NCBI GenBank assembly: GCA_015680685.1
Contig: MNCI01000967.1
Location: forward strand, 356,458 to 420,457
Length of the DNA stretch: 64,000 nucleotides
Reading direction: 5' to 3'
From: Gnetum montanum
Taxonomy: Eukaryota > Plantae > Gnetophyta
In this document: piece after piece, positions 1 through 13,329 of the stretch
Position numbering within the stretch: the first letter of the stretch is position 1
Layout: every line of letters starts with the position of its first letter
Program-made: the position numbers and the translations under genes
Notes under the pieces: model-generated
The model's database searches: none
Told to the model about the DNA's origin: nothing
Seen by the model: only the letters and a program-made list of their open reading frames with translations

Positions 1-1000
1 AAGTTGTACCTAAAGCATGTCACAAACTAGTTGGGAAGTTCCTCTAGGGAGGAGATAGAACCCCTAGGTAATGTGCGATACCAATTTAGGGCTTTGCTAG
101 TTAGTTACATGGTGAAAATGTGTATTATAGCATGCAGCCAAGCTTGTAGTAGCAAACCTTCAGACCTAAATATGACTAAGTGCATGTTGGGTTTCCTTTA
201 CCATTGTACTTGGTGAGCTAAGGTAGTAGAACCCCAGTTGGTAGAGTTAGGGATGGGACTACCGGACTTATAGGGTCATCATGGTAGAAGCTCATCACCT
301 TGATGGTTTTGGAGGAGGTAGTCTTGAGTAGATTAACTTCCTCCATCAAAGTTTGGATCAGTTGGAATGCTTGGTCCAAGTTTTGCAATCCACCAACTAG
401 TTGCATTGGTTGTATGACATAGGGCTAGATTACTAGTTGCAGAGCCATGCAATGTGATTGATGCATTGGCTACACTATGGCTGTGGTGATTGGGATAGGC
501 CACACATGTGTGAGTTGGATCAACATTGAGGGCATCAATGAAATAGGTAGGATGTAGGATGCCTAAGTTGTTTAGGGTTGGGAGATGGCCCCTGCATGAA
601 TGTAGGGTTGGGTAGGCATGGTTGTTGTTGGCAAGGACGATTAAGTAGGTTGTGATGATGTTGAGAAGGGTAGGCTTATGATCATCTAGGGGAGGATGGG
701 TGAACTAAATCGAGGAGGGGTTGAATTGAGGGGGGGTTGTTGGAAGATGATGAAGTGACTCTCACATTTAGAGTTGGATTTGAGCTCATCTTCCTACTCT
801 TGTAGGACTTCCTAATAGCTTCTTCCTACATTGTTCTTGTTTGCATGGATGAGTTGGGATACTAATTGGTGCTAGGAATCCATGAGTGGGATTATATCAA
901 ATGAGAAAGAAATGTACTCTTGTCCATCTTGATGGATTCATTTGAAGTCCTATTTTTCCTCTATGTCACAATGATCCATAGGTAACCCTACTTAGTTTTG
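1..1000 (-). pseudogene. gag: gag remnant of element A
   Basis: Minus-strand translation reads FYHDDPISPVVPSLTLPTGVLLP...KALNWYRTLPRGSISSLEEL, collinear with B gag (~6100-6380) and F gag (~39600-39920). Contains in-frame stops. Confidence 0.85.
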
Positions 1001-1460
1001 GTACAAATAAAGTTGTATTGTTTGTGGCTAAGCATGGCATGCTCTGGGTGAATGGTAAATGTGTCAAGTGTGTTAGACACTAACATGGAAGATTGATTTG
1101 GATTCATGTTCATAGATCAAGTCATGAGAGTTGCTATTTGCAAAAAATGGATAACTTCGAAAACTATATAAAAATGAGTAAGTCTAAAAATGATAGAAAA
1201 TTAGCTAAGTGTTGAAACTAAAAAAAAATGGCCAAGTATGGAGACTACACTCTCTACATTGAGAGCTAACTATGCTCCACACCAACTACACTCTCTATGA
1301 TAAGAGAATGAAGACTTTTAAAAAATGGTGGAGAGAAGGCAATTTGGGTTGCCACGTGGGGTCCTAGGGAAACTAACAATGGGGTCCAATCTACATTGAT
1401 AGAGGTGTGGAGAGCATGTGAGCCAATGACCAATAGAGAGTGGAGAAGGAAATAGATCGG

Positions 1461-1477
1461 CCCTTCTTCTAACACCA
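1461..1477 (-). promoter_or_regulatory. Primer binding site (tRNA-Asn type) of element A
   Basis: - strand TGGTGTTAGAAGAAGGG, a decayed TGGCGCTAGAAGGAGGG (complement of the plant tRNA-Asn 3' end), 5 nt after the LTR end. Confidence 0.8.
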
Positions 1478-1482
1478 AAAAC

Positions 1483-3524
1483 TATAATGATCAAAAATGT
1501 CAGTAGCTGGAATCATCAAGGGGTCAACAGATGCACAACCTTACCTTACCTTTGCATGAGGGCCTACTGGGAGTAGAGGAAAAGTGCCTTGAATGGTCTT
1601 GCTAATCAGATAAGGACTTTACCAATTGTAGCTAGGGTGGTGGATGCAAATAGGGGTGGCATGGTTAGCTGAGATTCAAATGCAAATGGTGCTAAGTGTT
1701 TAAGTAGTGTTTGTGGTGGTGTAGAGCATAGTCATGGGGTGCATGAGGGTAAGCATAGTTAATGGTTTTGACCAAAATGAGGGTGCTAGCACATGGAGAC
1801 TATTGCTCGAGCATATTTGTAACATGACCATGAGTTGAAAATGCAAAAAATGCAAATATAATGTGAAAAATGTAGGAGAAAGAAATAGAACATCGCCCCA
1901 AATGAAGTTGAGTGTAGTTAAATTCAAAAAGGGTTTAGAAGGTATGAGGTGTATAATAGGTGTAGTGGAAAGCATAGTCACAGTCTTGGTGGTATTAGGC
2001 CATGAAGTCTAGCACTTGCTGTGGTTTCCATGCTTGTTGGGTTGGCTACCACAATGTACTTTGGGTGGTGGTATTCTGCGGAGCTACAACAAGGCTATGG
2101 TGGGCTATGGTATGCAACTCTACCTCTCTATAGTTATTGGTATGCCTTTGGATCTCATTTGTCCAAATTTCCAAATGCTAAGAATGCCAAAATGCCAATG
2201 CATTCAAAAAGTGCCAATCCATAAAATGCTGGGGCGCAAGGGTCTTTATAAGGCTATGGTTAGTCCAAAATGTAGAGAGACTACCATATGGTAGTGAGGT
2301 AGTTGGGACTACGCTGTACTCCAACTACACTCTCGACTAAAGAAAATGATGTTAAGCTATGTTGTGCTCTAAAGGAGTCTGTGAGGCCACAAGACTATGA
2401 CTATGCTACCAATTGCATGTGCGAATGTCAAGAAGACCACAATGTACCTGAGAAAATGTTAAAAATACAGCTTTTGAAGATTATTCTTTGGGACTACGCT
2501 ATCCACTATCAGAAATGGTGTTAAGCATAGTTACAACTTTGGGTAAAGGAGCAAAAAAGATGTAAATGCTTGTTGGAGATGTGTTGGAGCTAAGGCAAAT
2601 GTTGATACTACATTGTGAAGGCCTTTGGAGGTTGTTCTACATGTTTATGCTTGATACGCTCTACACTAGGGGAGAGTGGAGTTCCAAACTTAGGAAAATT
2701 TATGCAAAAAGTGGATTTGTGTTGACTATGCTCCAGGGGAGGCTAACTACATTCACGAATAGGGGTGAAAGTAGTCACAACACTTAGAAAAAGTTTGATT
2801 AAAATGGTGTTCCATGATGACTATGCTCTAGATTGGTGAAGAGCATAGTCCAATACTTTGAAATATTTTTGCAAAATCTTGGCTTTTGGTTGAGTACGCT
2901 TGACTACACTCTCGAGCGTAATCTTGATAGTTAGAAAATTTTTGCAAAACTATGCTTTTATGCTAACTATGCTTGACTACACTTCTGAACATAGTCTTGG
3001 TAGTTAGACAAATTTGGTAAAACTAAGCTTCCAAACTATCTACACTTGACTACACTCTTGAGCATAGTCTTGATAGTTAGAAAAATTCTACAAAACTAGG
3101 CACCCAAACTATCTATGCTTGACTATGCTCTCGAGCATAGTCTCGATAGTTAAAATTAATTTTGCAAAACTACACTTCCAAACTATCTATGCTTGACTAC
3201 ACTCCTGAGTGTAGTCTCAATAATTAGAAAATTTTGCAAAAAACTAGTTCATCATGTTAACTACACTTAACTACGCTTCTAGGTAGTGGAGAGCATAGTC
3301 TCAACACTTAGAAAAATTCTATAGCAAGTGTCATCATTCTAACACTTAGAAAAATTTGCAAAACTAGCAATTTGAGCTGACTATAGTCTCTACTGCACTA
3401 ACTACACTTTGGGGAAGTGGAGAGTATAGTCCCAACACTTAGTAAAATGTGAAAAGTGTCATCATTCTGACACTTAGGCAAATTTGTAGTTGAGACACTG
3501 TAGCCAAATTTTTGTGGTGTTTCA
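1483..3524 (-). repeat. 5' LTR of element A (~2.0 kb)
   Basis: Termini homologous to E's LTR termini; directly adjacent to the PBS. Confidence 0.85.
2885..3320. repeat. 73-74 bp tandem array (~6 units) in the A LTR, each unit with an inverted repeat
   Basis: tgactac-type anchors at 2901, 2974, 3047, 3120, 3194, 3268. The unit at 3121 reads GACTATGCTC-TC-GAGCATAGTC, a perfect palindrome. Confidence 0.9.
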
Positions 3525-4237
3525 ACCTATATAAACCAAGATTGAACACCATGAAAAGGTTCCATCATTTTGAAGATATCACCACTTTAGCATTCCATAT
3601 TTTTGAGAATTCATTGCAAACAAAAGGCTTTTGGAGCATTCTTAGTGTAGAACCTACAATCATTTTGATCACTATTCAACCCCTAAGATTGTGTGACCTT
3701 TTGTGGCAATGCTGAGTAGCCTGGACATTAAGACTCTCAGTGTGTCTCTCCCTTGTGGCCCAAAACCCCCACACATATCATCCTCCTATACCACCAATGC
3801 TATAAATTAAGTGAAGAAAACAACAAGGTGTTATAGTTGTAGGAGTTTTGGAGCATCTGGATCATGGAGCTAACTGTGGTGTCTAGGGCTATTGGCTTCA
3901 ATAGACTCCAAACCCCCATTGAAGTGCATCCTTTGCACACTAGGCGCCATTTGTACACATCCTAAAATCTTATTTATTTCTAATAGTTTATTAGAATAAA
4001 GTTTACAACTCTATTTTTTATGCAAGTTAGTATAATTTTGCATTATTTTGTGTATTTTTTTGAATCAGATTTGCATTATTTTCATTTTTGTTTATACTTG
4101 GTAATACCTTAGGTGATTGGCAAGATTGTCTAGGGCACCTTGGATCCTCTTTCTTGGAAGACCTTTGGATTCAGGGTTAAAGTTTTTCCACTTGGAATTT
4201 TTTGGTTTTCTAACAACTGAATTTTCTAGTAGCTATA
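3525..4237 (+). repeat. 5' LTR of element B (3' part; upstream part displaced by A)
   Basis: Homologous to ~48518-49135. Begins acctatataaac (TATA-like) and ends tagctata (decayed CA) just before the PBS. Confidence 0.85.
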
Positions 4238-4243
4238 GTTTTC

Positions 4244-4260
4244 TAGTGCTAGAAGGAGGG
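4244..4260 (+). promoter_or_regulatory. Primer binding site (tRNA-Asn type) of element B
   Basis: TAGTGCTAGAAGGAGGG versus consensus TGGCGCTAGAAGGAGGG. Confidence 0.85.
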
Positions 4261-4554
4261 CTTCCATCTAAGTTCTACATCCAATCCTATTTACCATTGT
4301 AACAATATTGCTTGTAAGTATAAAACTTGGAGTTTATAGCAAAATTTTTTAAAAAATTTGGTAATATTTTTCTACAATAAAAACCAACACTACCACCCAT
4401 CTCCTTGCCATTGAAACCCAATGTGGAGGTTGTAGGTGATTTGGGCTTTGAAAAACATTTTCACAGTAGTTACTAGAAATTGTAAGGCTAGTGTGGCTGC
4501 AATTTTCACCTTCCTTTGTGTGTTTCAAAGACTAGTGTTGCTCCTCACAATCAC

Positions 4555-4690
4555 CCAAAACCTTACCCTCCTCTACTGCAAAAAATTTCTAGCAAGGCCA
4601 GCATTGGTATTCTACCAAAACCTTACCCTGCCCTCTATTGTGAAAATTTTGTAGCAAGGCCAATGTTGGCATTATGCCAAAAACAAGAAA
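4555..4690. repeat. ~60 bp tandem duplication in B 5' UTR
   Basis: ccaaaaccttaccct...tagcaaggcca...ttgg occurs at ~4555 and ~4615. Confidence 0.8.
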
Positions 4691-5129
4691 ACCTTTAAAA
4701 AATTGTTTTACTTTAAAATTTGGGTAATAACCATCAACTTACTAAATAAAAGCATACCAACACTATGTGGGAAAGTGTAAGATTGTTGATCTTTCCCCTC
4801 CCATTCTTTCCCCTTTCGATCCATAGCATGGGTGTTGCTGGTAGGGCTAACGTAGGAGGGTGTTAACACAAAATTCTTATGTATGCCTATGTAAAAGTTA
4901 TACCTTCTTTGCATTGCAACCTATACTATACTTTATAGTTACAATACATAATAGTTTGATAGCCACATCCCTTTTACATTTTTAAAAATTCTGTTTACTG
5001 TATTTTTCATTTTATTAGTTAATTTAGCATTTTACTAGGCCAATTTTAAATACTATCATCATGTTGTTTAGTCAATCAATCATTTTACCTTTCAAATTCA
5101 CTGATACAACATCTAGCCAATAGGTCATA

Positions 5130-8100
5130 AGGTTTTATGATCCCAAAGACCCCACTGTAGCTAGGTGTAGGTAATTACTTAGGCTTAGGGGGTAAAGCCT
5201 AGAATTTTTGATGATAAAAAAAGATCATTTCCACTTCGTTATATGCCAAAATTTAGGCTACCATGCTCATTATAAGAATGGAAGAAAAGGCCAAAAGAGA
5301 ATATGAACTTATTCACCACAATGGGAAGAAATACATACCTTCCCCATATGACAAGATACCATTGAACAAAACTTACACATACATCCTTTCTCAATTAATT
5401 TAGATGGATGAAGATGATTAGAAGGCTAGTTTGGATGAACAACATGACGAAAAATATGAGTTCAAGGCTAATTCTAAACACAAGAATCTCATAAGGGGAC
5501 TCTTTTAATAATAAGCTCTCTAAGCCATAATCTCCACCTCAACCCCTCCCCCTAACCCGCTTCTCCCCATCCCCCCTACCCCCCAAGGCTCTTCCATAGG
5601 GTAGATCCCTTAGTCCTCATCTCTTTTCTATCTAACAATGTTTGAGCCAACACCTATTAGAGTGATGCATCAAGCACAATTGATGTCACAAGTGACAGCA
5701 TTCCCATTCTCCATGCCTTTTGCCACAAAACCACAATCTACGTAGCCATCATCAATGGTTATAACTACCTCTCACCACTTTTTCATGCAAATGGAGCACA
5801 CAGTAGGATCTCAAGTAATCAAAGGTCGCATACCCCTTTTATCCCCTTTGTGTCCCAAGTATTGACACAAACCTATTTTTTTCTATTTAATTCACCTTCA
5901 ACAATGATAACTCAACCTCTCCCTTTGATGTTGCAACCCATTACGAGGCCATAAGCTTCCTAGCTGATAACCAAACATTTCATGTAGACATCTCAAATCA
6001 CAAGGTCATCTCAAGGACTAGATCAAGCCTTCCAAATGATCCAAGACTGTTATGGAGGCTCAAGGCTTCAACATCCTAGACTATTAAAATAATGGATTTC
6101 TACTAGGATGATCTTATCAATCCTATAGCCCCACAACTAACTCTTTCCCTAGGTGTTCCCATACCTTAATTTACCAAGTATAATGGAAAAGGTGACATTA
6201 GCTCACACCTTATCACCTTATACTTTGAGTGGTTAATACCAAAAGTCTAGTCACACATGATAATGCAAATTTTTCTTATGTCTCTTATAGGAAAATCCTT
6301 AAATTAGTACCATTCCTTACCAAGAGGACCCTTATCCTCACTAGAAGACCTAATCTCAAAGATCATTAACCTTTTTAAGTATTTCTTGAAACTTGACACA
6401 ATCCTTGACTAACCAATTAAGGTCAAGAAAGGATCCCTTCAGCTTGTACAAAAGTTCATACAATGATGGAATGTTCTACTTAAAGAGATTTTGGAACTAA
6501 TAGCTGAGACTCACCTTCTTGCTATATTCAAGGGAATGGTTAACAAATGTATTAAGTTGAAATTGTACTAATTATATCCATAGTCACTTAGTTAGACCTT
6601 TTACCAAACTAAGAACATAGAGGATGTTGTAGAATCTAGCCATAACCTTGCCTATGTGGCGTACAAAAACCAAGATGCATGGAAGGATCAGGAGAGGGAA
6701 AGGCAAAACAATGTAGTAGTGACCACTATGGTGAAGGAGAGTAAGATGATCACCTAGAGGCCAAGGATGAACTAATCCAAAGCTCCTACCAAAAATATTC
6801 AATCCTCAATATCTAGGGCATCTACACCAACTACCATGAGGCCTAACTTTAAATGAAAAGGTTCGTTGAAGTATACTAGGCTACCATTAAAGGCATTGAA
6901 ACTCCTTGACCAACTATTAAAGAGTGGAAAAACACAATACAAAAAATGATGAAAATGCCTATAAGAAGCATGAAATATTATGTGAGATAGCAAAAGATCC
7001 CACTCATGTAATCAAATATGACCCTTTGGTACCTAAATATTTCAAACTTGACCATTTCTATCACTAACATGAGTTGCCAAGTCATGGTACTGCCTTTTTC
7101 ATAGCACTAAAAGATGGCCTGCAGATAATGATAGACAAGGGTGAACTAGTATTTGATGCCTCTAATCTAGTTAGGCCATAAAACTAGTTGATTCATGTCT
7201 AGAGGGACCCATTGAACACCAACAACACTCCATATTCCATAGGGGCATTCAATGTCAATAGTGATCCAAGGCTTGTAAGAGAATTGTTTATGATTAAGGT
7301 ACCTTCTCATAACAAAAGGGGATCTACAACTTTGAATATTTTAAGTAATTCCCTTGTTGTAATGATTCCATCACCTAAACCCCCCAAAGAGCCTTTCATA
7401 ATTAGAGTGCAGCCTCCTATGTCCACAAAGTCCATCCTTACAACCAATCAACATTCTCTTGTGGTAGCTAATGCAATGACTACTTCCTCTCAACCAACCA
7501 ATATCAACAAGAAGTCCCTAACCAAACAATGTAATAAGATCATGTAAAAGTCTAAAGATAAAAACAATAAGTAATCCAAGGCATTAAAGGAAGTGGTCCC
7601 GCTAAAGCCCAATCCCATCTCATCCATCCCCATGAACTCTACTACCTAAGCTACTTCAAGTAGTAAACCAAAGAAGGATCCCAAGCCCCAAGGGAAGGGG
7701 AAAGAGGATAAGCCATAACAACTAAAACATGAAGTCCACATTTTAGGGTGCATGGAGGAATTAAAGAACAATAAGAATGAAAAGCCTAACTCCAACACCA
7801 AGAACTTCCTCAATGTGATGAAACATGTCAAAAAATTGCAAAAGAAAAAGAATATAATCGTTAGCTTGTATGACCTTGTAATGACTTCCACTAAAAATTA
7901 TGAGTTACTAGTCAAGTTGTTGACCTCCATTCCCATTAGTGAGGATATCCCTACTAGTAAAGAATCCATCCATGCAGTGATGCTATCGTCTTCACCAATG
8001 AAAGAGACAAAATCAACAACACTAGTGTTTCACAATAGAAAACTCAAGATCAACCCCTAAGATAGTGAGATAACCATGGATCCTCTTATAACAATAAGGG

Positions 8101-8680
8101 TAGGAAAATATAAAGTGGTAAAGAGTGTATGTTGATGATGGACCAACAATGAATGTAATACCCTATAACATCATTGAGCATTTAGGCCTAACAAAATACA
8201 TGCAACACACTTTGACTTCAACTCTTAAATCCTTCAATGGATCATGATTTGCTATTAAAGGCTTTATCTCTTTAGACTTTGTGGCTGGGGAGAAATTACC
8301 CATAAAGGACAACTTCTTTGTGATGGAGAAAACACCAAGATTCAACCTCATCCTAGGGAGGCCTTGGCTCACTTAACTACAAGTAGTGTCCTTACCCATC
8401 CACTAAGAAATTTACCTGCCTTACGAGGGAGATAAAATAATCATTCATGGTGATAGTGTGATTCCCCTAATAGTCAACAACATTGACATAGAAAAGGGAT
8501 CTGAAGTGAAGTTTTAGGAAGAAAATCCTACTATTAACCACAAAGTCAAGAAGCATGGCAAAGCAAAAGAGCCTAGAACCAACAATGATGGACCCAAGAT
8601 TAACTATGGGAAGAACTTCATTTTTAACATCGTTAGCAAAGGAGACGAGGATTACAAGCTTGTGTGAAATAGATCATAGA
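5130..8680 (+). pseudogene. gag-pro: gag-protease of element B (degenerate)
   Basis: Gag core FTKYNGKGD..HL...YHSLPRG (~6170-6380); decayed zinc knuckle followed by LKD.LQ.MIDKG (~7055-7145); VSLYDLVMTS; protease YVDDG (8128-8142) and FNLILGRPWL. Many stops and frameshifts; start approximate. Confidence 0.9.
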
Positions 8681-11600
8681 CATTTATTTATCTCTCAAAG
8701 ATTAGAAAACATTTGCACAAATGATGTATACCCTTGATCCATTTTCCCTATGCACCTATGACCATGTGGCCATCTTTACTTATAGCCTTTTACCCTAGTT
8801 TACATGTTACTTATATGCACCCTTTTATTTTACTTTATGTTAAATCCCAAGTTGCATTTAGCCTAAGGTTTACTCTTGTTTATGTTTTACTTTTAAGGGC
8901 TTCTCTTTTTTAGGATGTGAAATCAAAAACATCATAAAAACTTTAAAACTAGGAAAAATCATAAAAATGTTTAAAATACAAAATCAATAAAAAATATTTT
9001 CCTTTGCAAATCACATAGCTCACCATGACATAAAACTAACAAAAAGCATGGTTTGTCAACCTAAAACTGGAAAAATCTTATGGCTTTCCACAACCTAAAA
9101 TTGGCAAAATATCATAACTTATTTATGGTTTAGTTTATGACCTTGTTGCCTAGTCCATTTTACTTTTTCATTGCATTATAACTATGTAAGTTAGCCAACA
9201 TAGCCTTATATCATAGTCGCAACATGAAATTATGTAACATGAATAAAACTATAATGCTAAAATGATATAACTAAAACCAAAATATAAATAATAATAATTA
9301 AAATGTCTAAAGCATAATAATGATGGCCACATGATATGGAAAAAGTTTAAAGAATACACCATAAAATAATAAATTGTCTATTAATTGAATTACTAGCTAA
9401 CACTAGTCATGACAACATCAAGGACAAATGTGATTAATAAAAGTAATTAAAATAAATAATAATGATGACAAGGAAACTAGTGATGCTAGGAGACATCTGG
9501 TGGAGGTTAAGGATCATTTACACCCTTAGCATTAGGGACGCTAATATTGCTTGCAGCCTGTAGCATAATAACACAAGGATAATTATTAATCAACACACTA
9601 TAAAATCAAGCCAATAACTTAACCAAAATAAAACATGATAAAATCATATAACAAACAAACTTAGGGGGACCATGGTATGATATACTCCTAGTATGAAGAC
9701 TACGATAGAGGATTTGATCTTCCATCATGTGGGACCAATCCACATCCCCAAGATTAACATCCATGAGGATGTTACTCTCATCAATGTCCATCCATGTGGG
9801 TGGCTCCTATGACACAATAGTAGTAGACACCTCACCTGATGTAGTAGATATTTGAGGGGTAGGACATTTAGCCATAGTCAAAGTGTCTCCAAATATTTTG
9901 AAGGCACTTTCAGCTTGAATCCCCTTTACGAACAACTTCAACTTACATAGTTTGATAGACTCCTCTTTCAACCACTTAAGATAAGACTAAAATTTGGATT
10001 TATACTTCTTTTTGTGGTCCTTTTGTACCTAGCCCCACACAAGAATCCAAGCATACTAATCTTTTTACTCTTTATCCTCTCGAGAAATCAAGTCCATCTG
10101 CACCCACTAGTTCACCATCTCTTTGGCAAGAGCAAGCTTGTCATGGATGATGTTTTAGTAACAGGCTCATGTGATCTCATTGGCTCACAAAGACTCTTTG
10201 TTAGCCACTATATTTCCACAAAAGCCTTGCAATCTTGGAGGTCATTAATCACTTGAGCCTACCTCTTAGTCTCTTCCTTCAAGGCTAGAACTTGTTCCCA
10301 TAGGGATTTCTTGAATCGTTGGAATTTACACAAGGTTTTGGTACATGAAATTGTAATATCAGTTGCACTTTCATAAAACCTTCATGGAACATTTTCCACA
10401 TTAGGAGAAAGACTAGGCAAGGAGTGTATCTCCATGGCCCAATTCGAGTTCCACTCAACCTTACATACTATAAGCAATGTAATCATGAAACATATACATA
10501 AGCATAATATACAATAAGAATAACTATAATGAAAACATGTGACCAATATATGTATAAAAACCTATATAACATAATTAAAAAATAAATGAAATGAAGTTCT
10601 TACCAACTTCAAGAACATATTTTTGTAATTGATTGATTATATTCTTGGCTACCCCATGCATGAAATCCACCTTATCAAAAACTTCTACCCATGGTTTCAT
10701 GCAAAGTGTAGAAGTAGAGGCATCTTCTTGTGGATTAGTACTTACAACAAGTATAGCAATCAACTAATGGCTAGAACAAGACTCAAACTTAAAATAATAA
10801 AATATAATGCATGACAAAAAAGTATATTCATACCTAGAACCTCATCTGGGATGATAATAAGGGGTTCACCTGGTAATGGGTTGCCAAATAGGATGTCCAA
10901 GTCATACAAGGAAATGTTGGCTAATCCCTCATCCTCATGGTACTTGAAATTCTTCCTCTAGATACTTCTTCTCTAACTCTACTGTTGCAACTTGGGTTGC
11001 TAGTTCTTGTCACTTATCTACAAGAATAATAAACATAAAAAATTTAAACAACTTAACATGTTTCACATAATACAAAGTAAAAACATGGCCTTAAGACTTA
11101 AAACATAAAATAACCTAAGCATAAAACAATATTAGAACATATTGGTAACCGCCTGATGTTTTGACCAAGCTTAAGTATAAACTTTCTCTTGGAAGATTGT
11201 TTGGTAGTTGGTGCTACTTCCTCAACCATCGGCCACTTTAACTTTACCCTAGATACCCTATTAGCTTTATCATGTAATTCTTTGGCCCTCTCAGCATTTT
11301 ACCACTTGATGTGAAGCTCCATCCCCATGCTATTAGGGGAAGCATAATGTCTATCACTAAGTTCCTTAGTGGTTATAGGTAATGATTCCCAGACATCCTT
11401 TGGTGGGTTTTGGACCTACATAGTTGGATAAATATGCTTTATTCAAGGCTTAGAGAGTTGGGATGGGTCTTGACTCATCCATCACCCATCCCTCCTCACC
11501 ACCAAAAACTATAAAAATCTCCTCAGATATGCTGCAAAGAATGCATAGTAAATGTGACATATTATAGTGAGAACCTCTCAGAATTTGAGGATTTCCTCCT

Positions 11601-11719
11601 ACAACTCAGAGGCCAAGTGAGTAGCCTTGTTATACCAACCATCTTCAATAAGGACCTTCATCATGGTCCAAGCTTGGGTGATGTCAATAACCTTATTCTA
11701 TGACAGTAGCTTTGGAAAG

Positions 11720-12646
11720 TGATGAGTTATGGTTTTATCAATACTGATATCAAATACCCAATATTGATGCTCTGATATCAGATACAGAATATTGGGTACC
11801 AAGAAATAATGTTGGATATCCAGTATCATCTCTTCCATGCTAGCCTATAAATACAACACTTGGGTGCATAGTTGGGATATAGTTTGGTTGTTAGTTTTTG
11901 TTAGCTTTTCTTAGATTTCTAAATTCAAGTTCTATTATTCCTAGTGCATGCTTGTAGTGTGATGTTTGTAATTGTATGAAATTCTTATTCAAGTGTAATG
12001 TACTTGGACATGTTACATGACTAGAAATAAGGATTAAGATTACCTCCATCATTGCAACATTTACTTAGATTTATTATTAATTTAATTTTTTAAAGATTTA
12101 CTATTTTCTTTAGTTAATATTTCCATTTATTGCTATTTACTATTTTTGTCATTAAGCAAAATAAGTATGACTTAATCGTGAGTGCTTAAGTGTATTTACT
12201 TGGCATAATAAGTATGACTTAATGATGAGTGCTTAAGCGTATTTACTTGGTAACCTAATAGTGTATCGTTTACTAAGCCTAGTGATGTATGATTGGCAAT
12301 CCCAGTAGTAGTTATACAAAGTCCAAGGCATGTGTAGACAATTAGAAATACATATTTATTTCATGTAAGCTAGTTTAGGTTTTATTTTCCATTTTTTATT
12401 AGCTTAATTAATATATCTCTTTCTTGTTATTAGGAGCAACATAGGATTAGACAACATCATATGCCTCACTTTGGACTAAACCATATGTGACAAAGCTATC
12501 ATAGTCCAAGTGGGAAGAGTGTGAACTATGATCAAAGTATAATGATTTAGATACATAATTAGACCCATCCACAAGAATTCAACCTGATCATGCATGAACA
12601 CTTGTGATTTGTATGGTTGGGTGTACAGGTACCTTGCTGCTCATCA
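11720..12646 (+). repeat. 5' LTR of element C
   Basis: Aligns with 20089-20935; TATA gcctataaatac at ~11845; carries a ~47 bp tandem duplication (12160-12250) present once in the 3' LTR. Confidence 0.93.
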
Positions 12647-12647
12647 T

Positions 12648-12665
12648 TGGCACTGTTGTTGGGGA
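12648..12665 (+). promoter_or_regulatory. Primer binding site (tRNA-Asp type, typical of Athila)
   Basis: TGGCACTGTTGTTGGGGA versus TGGCGCCGTTGCCGGGGA; all differences are transitions. Confidence 0.85.
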
Positions 12666-13329
12666 TGATGCTAGTTATCTAGATTAGTTATATCATACAA
12701 AATTGTTGTAAATGCATTAACGATATATCTTCTAGAAAATATTAAATCACACACATCATAAACCAACAAAAATGTCTCTTTCATAAGGAAACAATAATGC
12801 ATTATATAATGAAAACATTCATTAGAGAACTAATGAGATATATGGTGAAGAAAATTGGAATGACCAACTTCATGTGAGGGTTTCATACATTCATGACCAC
12901 CCTGATGATACTTGAACACTATATTCACCTAAGGTAGATAACCCTGGAAGAGATGAGAAAGTTCCTAGACTGAGGCCTCAAGGCCTAAGACATTGAAACG
13001 TTGAAATGATAGATCAAGGGACCCTAGGAAACATCATAGAAGCCATCATAATCCTTCTAGTTTCTCATATTTTTCTCCCCCTTTAATATCTAGTTCAAGC
13101 AACAATGAAGATAGGTATGGAGACAAAGTTTCACTAAAGGGTTAGAATAAACACAAAAATCAAACCCACGGGAAAAGTCAAAGAAATCAACATGAACATA
13201 GACAATGTCATCATGATCAAACAAATTGCAATTTTCCTCATAACCTATTTGATGATTATAAACCCTTGTTGGCCACTAAGAGCCTCATGCAGATCACAGA
13301 GGCAATCAAGATTATCTCACAAGCATCAC

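Larger units (their letters stand above)
1..3524 (-). mobile_element. Element A: Ty3/gypsy Tat/Ogre-type LTR retrotransposon, 5' part only, inserted into the 5' LTR of element B
   Basis: On the - strand the LTR starts TGAAACACCACAAAAATTT at 3524, the same terminus as B, E and F. The LTR end at 1483 (tataatgatcaaaaatgt) aligns with E's LTR end (tgtagcgaccaaaaatgt). PBS at 1461-1477, gag remnant at 1-~1000. Confidence 0.88.

Noticed and set aside
8128-8139. YVDD as a reverse transcriptase active site
   Set aside because: It lies in the aspartic protease context (followed by FNLILGRPWL); the true RT YVDD is at 27801-27812.
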